In this document: one piece after another, positions 38,863 to 50,200 of the stretch
How the letters are laid out: every line of letters starts with the position of its first letter
How positions within the stretch are numbered: position 1 is the stretch's first letter
Origin: Candidatus Melainabacteria bacterium 17Bon1m
Lineage (GTDB): Bacteria; Cyanobacteriota; Vampirovibrionia; Obscuribacterales; Obscuribacteraceae
Length of the DNA: 64,000 nt
Assembly: GCA_032128875.1 (NCBI GenBank)
Contig: JAVLKG010000004.1
Location: 352,001 to 416,000 of the forward strand
Direction of reading: 5' to 3'
The notes under the pieces: generated by a model
Database searches by the model: none
Told to the model about the DNA's origin: nothing
The model's input: only the letters and a program-made list of their open reading frames with translations
Made by a program: the position numbers and the translations under genes

Positions 38863-40245
38863 TTAGGAAACTTTTGCTTCGAAGTTTGGGAAAGTAATTC
38901 TCACCAGAGTTCCTTTGGTTTCGCTCGGATCAAGCAATTCCACTTTCGCCTTGTGCGAATTGGCTATTTCCTGAACAATAGCTAATCCCAGACCGGTGCC
39001 ATTTACCTTGGTGCCAAGTACGCGATAAAAACGTTCAAAGACCCTCTTTCGTTCTTGAACAGGAATACCAGGCCCGGTATCTTGAACTGTCACCACGGGC
39101 GGTGGACCAGCCTTTACGGTCACATTTACGATACCGCCGTCCGGTGTATAACTGACAGCGTTATTAACTAAATTACTAAGCATTTCGCGTAGTTCGGCCT
39201 TGTCGCCGAGCACTAAGCTGCGCGTCGATGAAGGATGGAAGAATAGTTCGATCTTCTTGTTTGCTGCCTGCCTGATGAGATCCGATGTAACCTCAGAGGA
39301 GAGATCATTGAGTTCGACTAAGTCGTGCGGTTGAGCGCGGCGTTCTGAAGCTCTTGCCAAAATCAGTAATCCGCCGACGAGTTCCGCAATTCTGTCGGTC
39401 CCAGCATCTATTTGATTCAGCACATCTGAAAAATTGCCATTCGCAATGCGTCGACCATATTCAATGTAAGCTCGAAGCCCAGCGACCGGGGTCCTCAGTT
39501 GATGTGCGGCGTTAGCAACAAAGCGCTTCTGCTCTTCCATGTGATTATCGATTCTGCCAAAAAGAGAGTTGATTGACTCAACAATAGGAACAATTTCTTT
39601 GGGAGTGTTTTCATTCTCAATCGGAGTGAGATCGGATTGAGATCTTTGCTGAATTTCTTTACTCAGCTCTATTAGGGGTCTCAGCCCATCTTTTACACCG
39701 TAGCTTACTGCCGCCACGCTTAGTAAGCCTAGGATTATTTGCGGAACAACAATGCTAAGGAAGATTTTGTGAATTAACTCATTCCTTGCGTTTAGAGTGC
39801 GAGCAACTTGAACAACAACAAGTTTTTTAGGATCTTGCCTCAAAGGCATTCTAATTCTCGCAATTCTTACATCGTGTCCATTCACGACAGAATTTCTGAA
39901 TGCAGGTATGTCGGTGTTTACTTCCTTGATAGGCATTGGAAGAATTGCGTCTCCCGCCAATCTGACCTTTTCCAAGCTTAGTACTTGATAGAAGAAATCG
40001 TCTCTGTCTTTGTGGCGTAATACTGCTTGCACCGCGTCTGGTAAGTCAGCGACTATGCCCTTCCGGTCTTCTGTCAATCGAGCGGCGACTGCGTGCGCTG
40101 CGTTTAATAGCTCTTTGTCGTATGAATCATTGGCAAACCATGCTGCCAAATTGTAAGCAACAAATCCTGTCAGAACGAACATGACGCAAAGCGGTACCAA
40201 TAGTACCGTTAGAAGTTTGCGGGTAATTGAATTTTTGATGTTCAA
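38863..40245 (-). CDS. sensor histidine kinase (TctE/QseC-like)
   Basis: AAHQLRTP, NAVSYT, DTGPG, GTGLGL. Confidence 0.95.
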   Translation of the reverse strand: MNIKNSITRKLLTVLLVPLCVMFVLTGFVAYNLAAWFANDSYDKELLNAAHAVAARLTEDRKGIVADLPDAVQAVLRHKDRDDFFYQVLSLEKVRLAGDAILPMPIKEVNTDIPAFRNSVVNGHDVRIARIRMPLRQDPKKLVVVQVARTLNARNELIHKIFLSIVVPQIILGLLSVAAVSYGVKDGLRPLIELSKEIQQRSQSDLTPIENENTPKEIVPIVESINSLFGRIDNHMEEQKRFVANAAHQLRTPVAGLRAYIEYGRRIANGNFSDVLNQIDAGTDRIAELVGGLLILARASERRAQPHDLVELNDLSSEVTSDLIRQAANKKIELFFHPSSTRSLVLGDKAELREMLSNLVNNAVSYTPDGGIVNVTVKAGPPPVVTVQDTGPGIPVQERKRVFERFYRVLGTKVNGTGLGLAIVQEIANSHKAKVELLDPSETKGTLVRITFPNFEAKVS

Positions 40246-40898
40246 GTGACTGTATATCCAAGATTTCGAATTGTCTTGATCGAGATACCTGATTTCTTCA
40301 ATTTCTTTCTAAGTCGGTGCACTGCAATATCGAGCGCATTGTTTGTAATCTCTTTATCCCAACTGCTCAGTTGTTCCATCAATTGTTCTTTGTGAATAAG
40401 TAAATTGCGCTGACGAACAAGAACTTCAAGTACTGCCAATTCTCGTTTGGTTAGAGTTACTAATTCATCATTTATATGCGCGGTTCGTTTTACCGTATTG
40501 AAGTGCAGGTTCTTGATCGTGACAATTTCCTGATTGCCCCAGCCTAAGCGAATCAGCGCTCGAACTCTGGCTTCTAGTTCGTTCATGTCAAAAGGTTTTG
40601 TAAGGTAGTCGTTTGCGCCAGCATCTAATCCGAGCACTCGGTCTTTTACTTGATCACGTGCACTCAGAATAAGTACAGGAACATTATTCTTTTTGCCTCT
40701 CATCTTCTTAAGCACGTCGATACCGTCGATGCCTGGCAAGCAGAGATCTAGAACCACGAGATCGTAATGGGTTGTTGAAAGTGAAATATCTGCGGCAATT
40801 CCATCTTCGGCATGATCGACCATATAGCCGCTGTCTTTGAGAACAAGCGACAGACCGTTAGCCAGGAAGTTATCGTCTTCTACCAGCAAGATTCGCAT
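40242..40898 (-). CDS. OmpR family response regulator (TctD/QseB-like)
   Basis: MRILLVEDD, VLDLCLPG, TIRNLGY. Confidence 0.95.
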   Translation of the reverse strand: MRILLVEDDNFLANGLSLVLKDSGYMVDHAEDGIAADISLSTTHYDLVVLDLCLPGIDGIDVLKKMRGKKNNVPVLILSARDQVKDRVLGLDAGANDYLTKPFDMNELEARVRALIRLGWGNQEIVTIKNLHFNTVKRTAHINDELVTLTKRELAVLEVLVRQRNLLIHKEQLMEQLSSWDKEITNNALDIAVHRLRKKLKKSGISIKTIRNLGYTVT

Positions 40899-41160
40899 GT
40901 GATTATGCCTCCATATCCTATTTTACGTTCTTTTTGTCCAAATAGAATTTTGGAAAGACATGGGAAAGATACAGCCAGTCCAGATCTTGCGCCCAAGAAA
41001 TTTCATCTGGAAAGCATAAAAATTGAGCAGTTAAGCCGATTTTTGGCTCATTTTGAAACGTTTACGAAAATTTCGGACTATAGACTAAAAATAGGTTTGT
41101 CCGCAATGCAAACGCGCCTACTGTGCGCGTTTTACCGATATTGCGGGATGCGAGGTCTAA

Positions 41161-42558
41161 ATGAACATACTGTCCTACAGAGGTCCGTCCACACCAGGTG
41201 GCGTATCTGCAACTCTCTCACGCGTGATAGAACAAACTTCTGAAGGGCAGAAATGGTGGTTTTTGCATGGGACTGGTCTGCGCAAAAGATCAGGTAGACA
41301 ATCAAAAACAGAAGATGTCTGTCAAATTCCCTTCAAAATGATTGAGGGGCATTACCGATATTGTAATGAGTTTCTCTGGCCGATTCTGCATGATTTGCCG
41401 CAATATGTTCATTTTGATGAATCTGACAGGCTTATGTATATTCAGCTCAACACAAGTGTTTCCTGGAATGTTCTCCACTCATTCCTTCCTGAATCTGCAG
41501 AACGAGTATTTATCAATGACTATCAATTAGCCTTGTCTCCCAAGGCTTTCAGAGAGGCCTCTTCTTCTCGAGTCGACCTTTTCTGGCATATTCCTTGGCC
41601 TCGTCGGGTTGAAGAAAAGTACGTGCCCTATCTCGCTGAAATCGCAAATGGAGTACTTTGTGCTGACAAAGTTGGATTTCACACTGAGGAGTACACAGCT
41701 AATTTTCTCCTATTTGTCGATCGTTATTTGACTGGCTTCAAGGTCGACTTCCCGTCGAGCACCGTATCGCGATCCGACGGCAGTCGCGTTTCAGTAGTTG
41801 CGCATCCATTGGGCTTAGATTCTGATTTTTGGCTGAAGAAAATTGAGGAAGAAAGTCCCATTTGTCGAGAAATAGATTTGACTAAGATCGTCAAATTTCC
41901 TTTCGTTCTTTCTGTGGATCGGGCTGACTATACAAAGGGGGTTGTTCAAAGACTCCAGGGCATTGACCATTTTCTTTGTAGCAATCCTGAGAAGATTGGC
42001 GGAATTACTTTTATCCAGATCTGTCAGAAGAGCAGAGGTGGTTTGTCAGCATTCGATAACTACTGGCAAGAATGCAGAAATCGAGCGGAAACTATTAACC
42101 AGAGATGGAAAGTAGGAAGTTGGCAGCCGATTGTTTGGGTTGATGTTCCGATTTCTCCGAACGTTTTGGCATGGCTATACCGTCGTGCAAATTCGATGCT
42201 TGTAACGCCCGTGCGCGATGGTTTGAATCTAACTGCAAAGGAATTTTCACTATGCTCGGACGGTGGAGTTTTGATCCTCTCTTCTCAAACCGGCGCATGG
42301 ACTGAGCTTTCAGATGATGTTTTGACATTGGCGAATCTACGACCTGAGACCATCTCAGAACAGATCTACTCTGCCCTATCTTTGCCACGTAAGGTTCGCA
42401 GAGAGAAAATGTCTCGTTTGAAAAAGACAGTCTTGTCCAACTCGCTTGCTCATTGGTGGAAGAACTTCGGTGGAGAGCTGGATTCGGCAGGAAAGATTAT
42501 TCCTTTGTCGGTGAAAGTGCATCACAGTGTGAAGAAAGAAAGATGGTTTGCGCGCTAA
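41161..42558 (+). CDS. otsA: trehalose-6-phosphate synthase (GT20)
   Basis: LWPILH, INDYQL, FWHIPWP, VDRADYTKG, RDGLNLTAKEF. Confidence 0.88.
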   Translation: MNILSYRGPSTPGGVSATLSRVIEQTSEGQKWWFLHGTGLRKRSGRQSKTEDVCQIPFKMIEGHYRYCNEFLWPILHDLPQYVHFDESDRLMYIQLNTSVSWNVLHSFLPESAERVFINDYQLALSPKAFREASSSRVDLFWHIPWPRRVEEKYVPYLAEIANGVLCADKVGFHTEEYTANFLLFVDRYLTGFKVDFPSSTVSRSDGSRVSVVAHPLGLDSDFWLKKIEEESPICREIDLTKIVKFPFVLSVDRADYTKGVVQRLQGIDHFLCSNPEKIGGITFIQICQKSRGGLSAFDNYWQECRNRAETINQRWKVGSWQPIVWVDVPISPNVLAWLYRRANSMLVTPVRDGLNLTAKEFSLCSDGGVLILSSQTGAWTELSDDVLTLANLRPETISEQIYSALSLPRKVRREKMSRLKKTVLSNSLAHWWKNFGGELDSAGKIIPLSVKVHHSVKKERWFAR

Positions 42559-42647
42559 AGAAGTCGTGCTTTGATTTCACTCTGTTTTCGAAAATGCAGC
42601 TCGCTGGTCACACTTACAAAATAGGAGCATCCATAACCAGCACCATG

Positions 42648-43697
42648 CTATTTGATTTTGCCGATTTTTACGCCATCAAAAAATTCGGGCGGCAATTTGG
42701 AGGCTTTAAAGTTTTGCCCGCCTGCCATAAACAGGTACTGCAGCCCCGCCGAAACGCATACTATTGCTTTGGATGGCAAGCCGGCCGCATCGGCAAGAGT
42801 GTACTCTTGCGCAGATAGTCCTTGGAAATTGAAGGCTTGCTCCATCTTAGGCTTTCTGCCTTGTGCTGCAGAAGCTATCATCGAATTCATTGCTTGAGTG
42901 CGCGAATCGTCTGTGATCAATGCGGTTTTTGGCTCTAGCACGATGACAGTGTAGTTAACACCGTCCGCGGTGCCTGTCCAAGTCGAGCCTGCTTTATCCG
43001 CGTTGATTTTTTCTTTAAAGCCAGTCGGAATTTTGAAGGAGAGTCGATAGTCGGGGCGCACCACACTTGCCCAATTGTAGTTGGACTTTGGTTTGGCTGG
43101 TGCTGCTGCTGCTGGCTCCGGGGTTGCTGCGATCGTTTCGGATTTAGGAGCTTCTGTTGCGACGGGCGCAGGGTCATCACCTTTATTGAAGCTGCTAATT
43201 AGCGCTCTGAACTTTTCTTTGAAATTTGGAGGGACTTCTTGTGGAAAAATCACTTTTGCAAGTAAATGAGATCGTTGGCGTGTTGAATACGGAGCCATGG
43301 TTAAGACCGAGTAGAAACCATTCGGCTTTTCTGACGGAATTTCATTCTTATCTGCCTCTGCATATTCTCCAGGAGACAAAGTGACTGTTCCGACAATTCC
43401 ACCGTCGCCCGGGACTATTGCCGGACGATCCGGGTAAAAGCCGTTTTTCTTATGCGCCTTGTACTCAAAGGTAATCTCGCCGCGACCCTTATTTATAAGC
43501 GCTTTTGGATATGTTTCCCGAATAAGCTTTTCGACTGCACCACAGGGATCTAGTGACATCGCAGACAAGCCTTCAGCACTTTGCGTGCTTTCCGCGCTTT
43601 CCGCGCTTACAGGCGTGCAGCTTATCAGCGGAAAAACCGCCGAACACCCGATTAGTAAAGATGCAAATACCAAGCTCGAAGATTTTCTTGACAACAT
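42648..43697 (-). CDS. hypothetical exported two-domain protein
   Basis: signal peptide; Ala/Pro linker. Confidence 0.75.
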   Translation of the reverse strand: MLSRKSSSLVFASLLIGCSAVFPLISCTPVSAESAESTQSAEGLSAMSLDPCGAVEKLIRETYPKALINKGRGEITFEYKAHKKNGFYPDRPAIVPGDGGIVGTVTLSPGEYAEADKNEIPSEKPNGFYSVLTMAPYSTRQRSHLLAKVIFPQEVPPNFKEKFRALISSFNKGDDPAPVATEAPKSETIAATPEPAAAAPAKPKSNYNWASVVRPDYRLSFKIPTGFKEKINADKAGSTWTGTADGVNYTVIVLEPKTALITDDSRTQAMNSMIASAAQGRKPKMEQAFNFQGLSAQEYTLADAAGLPSKAIVCVSAGLQYLFMAGGQNFKASKLPPEFFDGVKIGKIK

Positions 43698-43898
43698 GGA
43701 TCGGACTCTCCATTCCTATCGAACGATGTTTGCCACTGAACATTTTATCCTAATGGAGAGGATGCCCAAGATTGGCTGGAAAATAGCAGGCTCTAGCGGG
43801 ACCGCCAATCCGGCAACTAACTAAAGGATTGGAATCTTGAGAATAAGTCATGTTTGGCGATAAGATCATCCGAATTATTTAGGAGTTTTATTGAATTT

Positions 43899-44111
43899 AT
43901 GAGTGACGAGCCGAGCGCTGTAATTATTCAGCTGGATCAATTTCTAAAGCTGAAAGGCGTCACTCAATCCGGCGGCGAAGCCAAACACTTGATTCAGTCT
44001 GGCGAAGTCAGAGTGAACGGCGAAGTTGACACGCGCCGAAAGCGCAAATTGCGCCCTGGCGATGTTGTTGAAATTCACGATCAGAAGCTGATTGTCGACG
44101 ACAGCGTCTAA
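43899..44111 (+). CDS. S4-domain RNA-binding protein (YaaA/YbcJ-like)
   Basis: IQLDQFLK..SGGEAK..VNGEVDTRRKRKL. Confidence 0.92.
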   Translation: MSDEPSAVIIQLDQFLKLKGVTQSGGEAKHLIQSGEVRVNGEVDTRRKRKLRPGDVVEIHDQKLIVDDSV

Positions 44112-44177
44112 TTCATTGGAACACCAAAACGATTGCATTCCAAGTTTCGAAAAAATGCTCACCAATAAGGAGACACC

Positions 44178-44576
44178 ATGGTCAGTTTGAAAGACGCAAA
44201 GGCTGTGATTGAAGCAGCGGAGAAAAAGGCAGCAGAGATCGGTCAACCGATGAATATTGCGGTTGCAGATGCAGGCGGCAACCTGGTTGCGCATGTGCGC
44301 ATGGACAATGCTTGGCTAGGCAGTATAGACATCTCGATCAAGAAAGCGTTCACATCACGCGCCTTCGACATTTCGACAAAAGACCTCGCCCAGTACACAC
44401 AGCCTGGTGCTGACTTCTACGGTTTGAACACCTCTAATAATGGCAAGATTATGATTTTTGCTGGCGGTGTTCCGCTCAAACGCGACGGCAAGATTGTTGG
44501 CGCTGTCGGCGTCAGTGGTGGCTCCGGCGAGCAAGATCACGCGGTGGCAGAAGCTGGCGCAGCAGCCTTTAAGTAA
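44178..44576 (+). CDS. GlcG/HbpS family heme-binding protein
   Basis: IAVADAGG, RMDNA, KKAFT, GGVPL, GVSGG..QD. Confidence 0.92.
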   Translation: MVSLKDAKAVIEAAEKKAAEIGQPMNIAVADAGGNLVAHVRMDNAWLGSIDISIKKAFTSRAFDISTKDLAQYTQPGADFYGLNTSNNGKIMIFAGGVPLKRDGKIVGAVGVSGGSGEQDHAVAEAGAAAFK

Positions 44577-44601
44577 GCTCTAAATCGCTTAAATACTGAT
44601 G

Positions 44602-44636
44602 AAAAGCCTAAGGGAAGTTCCCCCTTTAGGCTTTTT
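44602..44636 (+). terminator. intrinsic terminator
   Basis: AAAAGCCTAAGGG..CCTTTAGGCTTTTT. Confidence 0.8.
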
Positions 44637-44719
44637 CAGCATAAAATAATAGCTTGCGTAAGTTTGGACCCGCGGCGTCGGGAAACCGGCTTTGATTGCA
44701 GTTTTATTGGAGTTTTGCT

Positions 44720-46417
44720 ATGCAAATTTTCGCCCCTGTCAAGACCAGTACTACCGTCTTTGAAAAGTACGAATCGCTGATAAATGATGCGATTGACGCG
44801 GTTCACAAGCGTGAGCATTATTCTCCATTTCCTGAGATGCCGTCGCCTGCTGACTACGGTGAGGGCGCCGAGGCCGCGCAAAAGGCTGTATACGAATCTC
44901 AGCTGGGCGGCAAGTTCGAACGCTTGAGTCAGACCTCCGATTCGTGGTTGGAAAGTGATGAAGAGAGCCCATACACCGGTAAGGCTTTGAAGATCAGCTA
45001 TCCAGTCTTCTCAAACATCGAGTCCTACATCGCGGCTGCACAAAAGGCAAATGAAAAGTGGAAAGCGACGGATGCAAAGACACGCGCCGGTCTTTTGGTA
45101 GAAACGCTTCAGCAATTGAAATCTCACTTTTTCGAACTTGCTTTCGCAACAATGCACACGACGGGGCAATCATATTTGATGAGCTTCCAGGCAAGTGGTC
45201 CTCACGCCGCAGATAGAGCGTTGGAATCGATCGCGCTTGGCTATGCAGAATTGACCCGTTTTGCAGATAAGATTTCCTGGGAAAAACCAGCTGGCAAGTT
45301 CAATCTCAAACTCGAAAAATTTGGAATGAACGTTGGTCGTGGTTTGTCACTGGCTATAGGTTGCAGCACATTCCCGACTTGGAACACCCTTCCTGGTGTG
45401 TACGCGAGTTTGATCACAGGCAACCCGGTTATCGTAAAGCCGCACCCGAAAGCAATTTATCCGATCGCGATAGTAGTGTCTGTGATTCAGAATGTTTTGA
45501 AGGAGAACGGATTCGATCCCAATCTCGTAATGCTCGCTTCTGATAAAGCCGAAAATCAAATCACTAAAAAGCTTGCAGAACACGCTGAAGTCAAAATCAT
45601 TGATTTCACCGGCAGCAATTCCTTTGGCAATTACGTTGAAGGTTTGCCGGGCAAAGTTGTATTCACCGAAAAGGCTGGTGTCAACAGCATCATCATCGAT
45701 AGCATTGATGATCTTGACGCAATGGCGAAAAACATCGCATTCAGCATCAGCCTCTACAGTGGACAGATGTGCACCGCACCGCAAAACATTTATATCCCAG
45801 AATCCGGTATCGAATTGAAGGACGGGCATGCTTCATTAGAAGATGTAGAAAAGGCTATTGTTGATCAAACTAAAGGTCTGGTTGAGCACCCGAAAGCAGG
45901 TCACGCTGTCGCTGGAGCAATTCAGAGCAAAGCCACGATGGAACGTGTCGTGAAGGCGAAAGATATCGGTGGCAAGGTCTTGCTAGAAAACAAGGCGATC
46001 GCCAATCCTGAATTCCCTGAAGCTCATACACAAAGCCCAATCATCATTGAATTGGCTAACGACAAACGCAATCTGGTCAAAGGCGAAATGTTCGGACCGA
46101 TTGTCTTCATTATTCCGACGAAAGATACAAACGAAAGTTTGGAACTGGCTTCCAAAGCTGCTCGCGAACATGGCGCCATCACATGCAGTGCCTATACTCA
46201 AGATGAGTCGACACTGCAGAAGATCGCAACAACTATGGCAGATGCGGGAACTCCGGTATCGTTTAATCTAACGGGTGGTGTTTACGTCAATCAGAACTCT
46301 GGATTCTCAGACTTCCACGTAAGTGGTGGCAACCCCGCCGGTAATGCGTCTTTCACAAACCCTGAGTTTGTTGTAAAACGCTTTGTTCGCGTTCAGTCAA
46401 GGATATTTGTGAAGTAG
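44720..46417 (+). CDS. paaN: PaaN-like aldehyde dehydrogenase family protein
   Basis: FQASGPHAADRALE, EKAGVN, YSGQMCTAPQN, FSDFHVSGGNPAGNA. Confidence 0.88.
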   Translation: MQIFAPVKTSTTVFEKYESLINDAIDAVHKREHYSPFPEMPSPADYGEGAEAAQKAVYESQLGGKFERLSQTSDSWLESDEESPYTGKALKISYPVFSNIESYIAAAQKANEKWKATDAKTRAGLLVETLQQLKSHFFELAFATMHTTGQSYLMSFQASGPHAADRALESIALGYAELTRFADKISWEKPAGKFNLKLEKFGMNVGRGLSLAIGCSTFPTWNTLPGVYASLITGNPVIVKPHPKAIYPIAIVVSVIQNVLKENGFDPNLVMLASDKAENQITKKLAEHAEVKIIDFTGSNSFGNYVEGLPGKVVFTEKAGVNSIIIDSIDDLDAMAKNIAFSISLYSGQMCTAPQNIYIPESGIELKDGHASLEDVEKAIVDQTKGLVEHPKAGHAVAGAIQSKATMERVVKAKDIGGKVLLENKAIANPEFPEAHTQSPIIIELANDKRNLVKGEMFGPIVFIIPTKDTNESLELASKAAREHGAITCSAYTQDESTLQKIATTMADAGTPVSFNLTGGVYVNQNSGFSDFHVSGGNPAGNASFTNPEFVVKRFVRVQSRIFVK

Positions 46418-46507
46418 TCCAAGCTTCATTTGTTGCAACCGGTAGTGTCGCCTTTGGCACTGCCGGTTGTTTCGTATTTGAGGAAACACTCCGGTGCTGC
46501 TGGAATT

Positions 46508-46714
46508 TCAGATCTTCAGTATGAAGTACAGTTCCACGGCGCAAAGCAAGAGAGCTATTGGGGGCAGGAGCGAACTCATAAATGTGTCAAAGCTCCAAAA
46601 TTGCTGTTCACCATCATCGTTCTCCAAAAACCAAAGCCAGCCGTTCACGGCCGCCAGGTGCCACTGGCCAAAGGCGAAGGCAATAATTACCAAAAGGCAG
46701 ATGAATTCGACCAT
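46508..46714 (-). CDS. small membrane protein
   Basis: GGAG RBS, 2 TM segments. Confidence 0.5.
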   Translation of the reverse strand: MVEFICLLVIIAFAFGQWHLAAVNGWLWFLENDDGEQQFWSFDTFMSSLLPPIALLLCAVELYFILKI

Positions 46715-46722
46715 ATTGCTCC

Positions 46723-46968
46723 TTACCGTGCCCAGCCGGCGTAATTTTTGATTTCTCTGTGAGGATCATGTGTTGGGATTGTTGGCGCAACTGGATTCTT
46801 TGCGCCATACGAGAGTTCGCCCCAATATTCCGGCCCCACTTTCCTGCGATCTTTGAAAAGGAATCGATTCGCCAAGATACAGCGGATCAAAGGGATCAGT
46901 AGAGTGCCTGCAAGGGCGCACACTACAAAGGCGAGTTCGAACAAGTGAGAATGTGACATGCCGCGCAC
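46723..46968 (-). CDS. small membrane protein
   Basis: one TM segment; stop codon 8 nt from the next ORF. Confidence 0.4.
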   Translation of the reverse strand: MRGMSHSHLFELAFVVCALAGTLLIPLIRCILANRFLFKDRRKVGPEYWGELSYGAKNPVAPTIPTHDPHREIKNYAGWAR

Positions 46969-47121
46969 CGGGTGATAGGTTCGAGGCGCTCGAACCTAGG
47001 AGATAGAAGTTTGGAGGGATTCCGGACTCTGAATATAATTCAAGGATTGGGAAATCTTTGGGGAGGCTAGCTTTCAACTCCCTTCCGGTGCGGAAAACCG
47101 TGGCTGTGCCCTTCGTCTTTT

Positions 47122-47184
47122 TTCCTCTTCCTCTTCCTCTTCCTCTTCCTCTTCCTCTTCCTCTTCCTCTTCCTCTTCCTCTTC
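47122..47184. repeat. perfect microsatellite (TTCCTC) x10.5
   Basis: direct reading. Confidence 0.97.
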
Positions 47185-47208
47185 TGCAAGCACAGTTACC
47201 CTATCGAT

Positions 47209-50200
47209 TTACTTTGCGAGGGTAAGTTCTTTTGGCTCCATTGCTACTTCATCGTTATTGGAATTTGCTTGTGATGCACGCTTTGCCAATTTGACCTTCC
47301 AGTCGTCTACGTATGTGAAGACCACAGGTACAACGATGAGAGTCAAGAATGTCGATGTGATCAAGCCACCAACAACAGCAATTGCCATTGGTGCGCGAAC
47401 TTCAGAGCCAGCTCCCAATCCGAGAGCGATCGGGATCATCCCGGCAATCATCGCTACAGTCGTCATCAAAATTGGACGCATTCTGGCTTCGGCGGCGCCC
47501 ATAAGTGCTTCGTGCCTTGGTACACCCTTATGCATTGCCATTAAGCAGTATTCGACCAGCAGAATTGCGTTTTTGGTTACCAACCCCATCAACATAACGA
47601 TGCCGATTAAAGCGTACAGACCGACAGATTGGTGACCAATTATCAGCCCCAACGCGGCACCACCAACTGCCATTGGCAGTGACATCATGATGGTTAGCGG
47701 ATGAAGGAAGTCGTTGAACAACAGTACCAAAACCGCATAGATGAGAATTACGGCGGCTGCAATCGCCATTCCAAATCCGGAGAATACGTCGCGTTGGATT
47801 TCAACGTCGCCACTCACGGATTCGCGCACAGATGCAGGTAAGTTTTTGAATGTTGGCAGATCGTGGATTTTCTTCAAAGCCTCACCCAAGGTGGTACCAG
47901 TGTTCAAAGTGGCGCTGATTGTAACTTGACGATCTCTGTCGTAGCGGTCAATTTGCGCGGGGCCACTACCAAAGCGTACTTCTGCAACTTCCTTGAGCGG
48001 GATCATTTGTCCACGGAAACTAGACACTTTCAAATTGCCAATATTCTCGATGTTCTCGCGGAGCTTCGGATCGATTTGCACACGGATGTTGATTTGTCTG
48101 TCGGCAAGGTCGAATTTTGCGAGATTGAAATCAACATCACCGACTGTTGCCATGGTGGCGGTGCGAGCTATTTGTTGAACGGACACGCCATGGTCAGACG
48201 CTTTTGCGAAGTCAGGAATAACTTGAATTTCTGGACGCTTGAGGGCCGAACTGGAAGTTACATCGGAGATTCCTTCGACAGAGCGCATTTCGATTGCCAT
48301 CTGTTCCGACGTCTTCTTCAGCTGTGCGGCGTCTCTGCCGACCAGCAAAATTTGAACCTTACCGCCTAGACCCATGGTGGCAGAAATGTTTGCACGAATT
48401 CCTGGAATGGTGGCAATCTCTTTTCGCACCATATCTTCGAATTGTTGTTGCGAGATTTTTCTGTGCGAACGCTCTTTGAGAATGACATATAAATTCGATT
48501 TGTTGACGGTGCCTGCGGTGCCGGAGGATTTTACGCCAGTGTTAGATGGCGTTCCAACTGAAGCAAAGACATGTTCTACTTCCGAATGCGAAAGCAATAT
48601 TTTGGTTACTCTTTTCGATGCATCGGTAGTTGTTTGCAATGTTGCGCCTGGTGGCAGTTCGATCGCTACCAGACTTTCACCACGGTCCGCGGAATTGACT
48701 AGCGACGTCGGCAGTGATGCAAGCATTGCGACGCTAATTATGAAAATGCTTCCTGCTATTGCGAGTGTTTTTCCTCTATGCTCAAGCGCCCAGCCGAGCA
48801 GCCTTTCGAAGAAGTGTTGGACTTTTCCTTTCGGTGGGTCTTCAACGGCACCCTTGAGCCAGAAGGCTGACATCATGGGTGTGATGAGACGCGCTACAAG
48901 CAGAGAGAAGAAGACCGCTACAGCCACAGTGACGCCAAATTGTTTGAAGAACTGTCCAGGAATGCCGCCCATAAAAGCAACTGGCAAGAAAACAACAATG
49001 ATGGTCATGGTCGTTGCGACGACAGCAAGACCAATTTCATCAGCTGCTTCCAAAGCAGCTTCCAGAGGTTTTTTGCCCATTTGAATGTGTCTGACGATAT
49101 TCTCGATTTCTACGATCGCGTCGTCAACAAGGATACCGATTACGAGAGCCAGTCCAAGAAGCGACATATTATTGAGCGTAAAGCCCAGCAACTTCATTAC
49201 AGCGAAGGTCGGTATCATTGACAACGGCATCGCCAGAGCCGCGATGGTCGAGGCGCGCCAGTCTCTGAGGAATAACCAGATTACTGCGATAGCGAGCGCT
49301 GCACCAAGCAACAACGAGTCGATGGTGGCATGGTATGAATCCATGACGTAGCTCAAGTTTGATCTGATGCGCGTAATTTCGACATCAGCTGGAAGAGTCT
49401 TCTTTAATTCCTTCAAGGCTTTGTCGACATTCTCGCCTACTTCCGCCATATTGCTTCCGGTTGAGCGGACAATTGAAAATGCGACTGCCGGCCGGCCATC
49501 AAGCATCGCGACTTGCCGCGGTTCAGCAACGCCATCTGTCACTTTGCCCAAAGAATCCAGTGCCGCCCATGATCCGTTCTGAAGAGCGATTCTAGTGTTT
49601 CTCAAATCGTCGACTGAGGCGGCACTGCCCAATGTTCTAATCGATTGCTCTTGCGAACCAACAGAACCTCTACCGCCTGGCATATTGGCGTTCATTATAC
49701 GGACCTGTGTATTCACAATGTCAGCTGTTACGCCAAGAGCTTCCAGCTTCGCAGGATTGAGATCTATGTTGATCTCTCTGTCGACTCCACCTGCACGTTG
49801 AACCTGCCCGACACCTTTCACCGCCAGTAGTGCGCGCGAAATATCGTTGTCGATGAGCCAACTCAGATCTTTGACGGATAATGTTTTGGATGAAACTGTG
49901 TAAGTAGCAAATGGGCCTCCTACAAAGTCAAGGCGTTGAATCTGTGGTTCTTGAATGGCTGCAGGTAATTGAGTTCTAATTCTTGTGACTGCATCGCGAA
50001 CGTCATTCACTGCGCGGTCTGTATTGGTGCCGAGTTCGAACTCGATTCGTGTTTGCGAAACGCCTTCGTTGAGAGTACTTGAGATATGCTTGATATTGCC
50101 GATGCCGGAGACAGCATCTTCGATCCTGCGAGCAACTTGTGTTTCTAATTCGGATGGCGCAGCACCATTTTCGCTTACAGTTACAATGACTGTCGGCATG

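Noticed and set aside
44118-44143. Additional GGAAC-like promoters here and near 7380-7410, 25670-25700 and 57590-57617
   Set aside because: Spacing or hexamers deviate from the six best sites; too weak to list
48374-49084. 236-aa plus-strand ORF and the many other antisense or overlapping ORFs in the track
   Set aside because: Lie opposite or within well-supported genes and have no recognisable motifs
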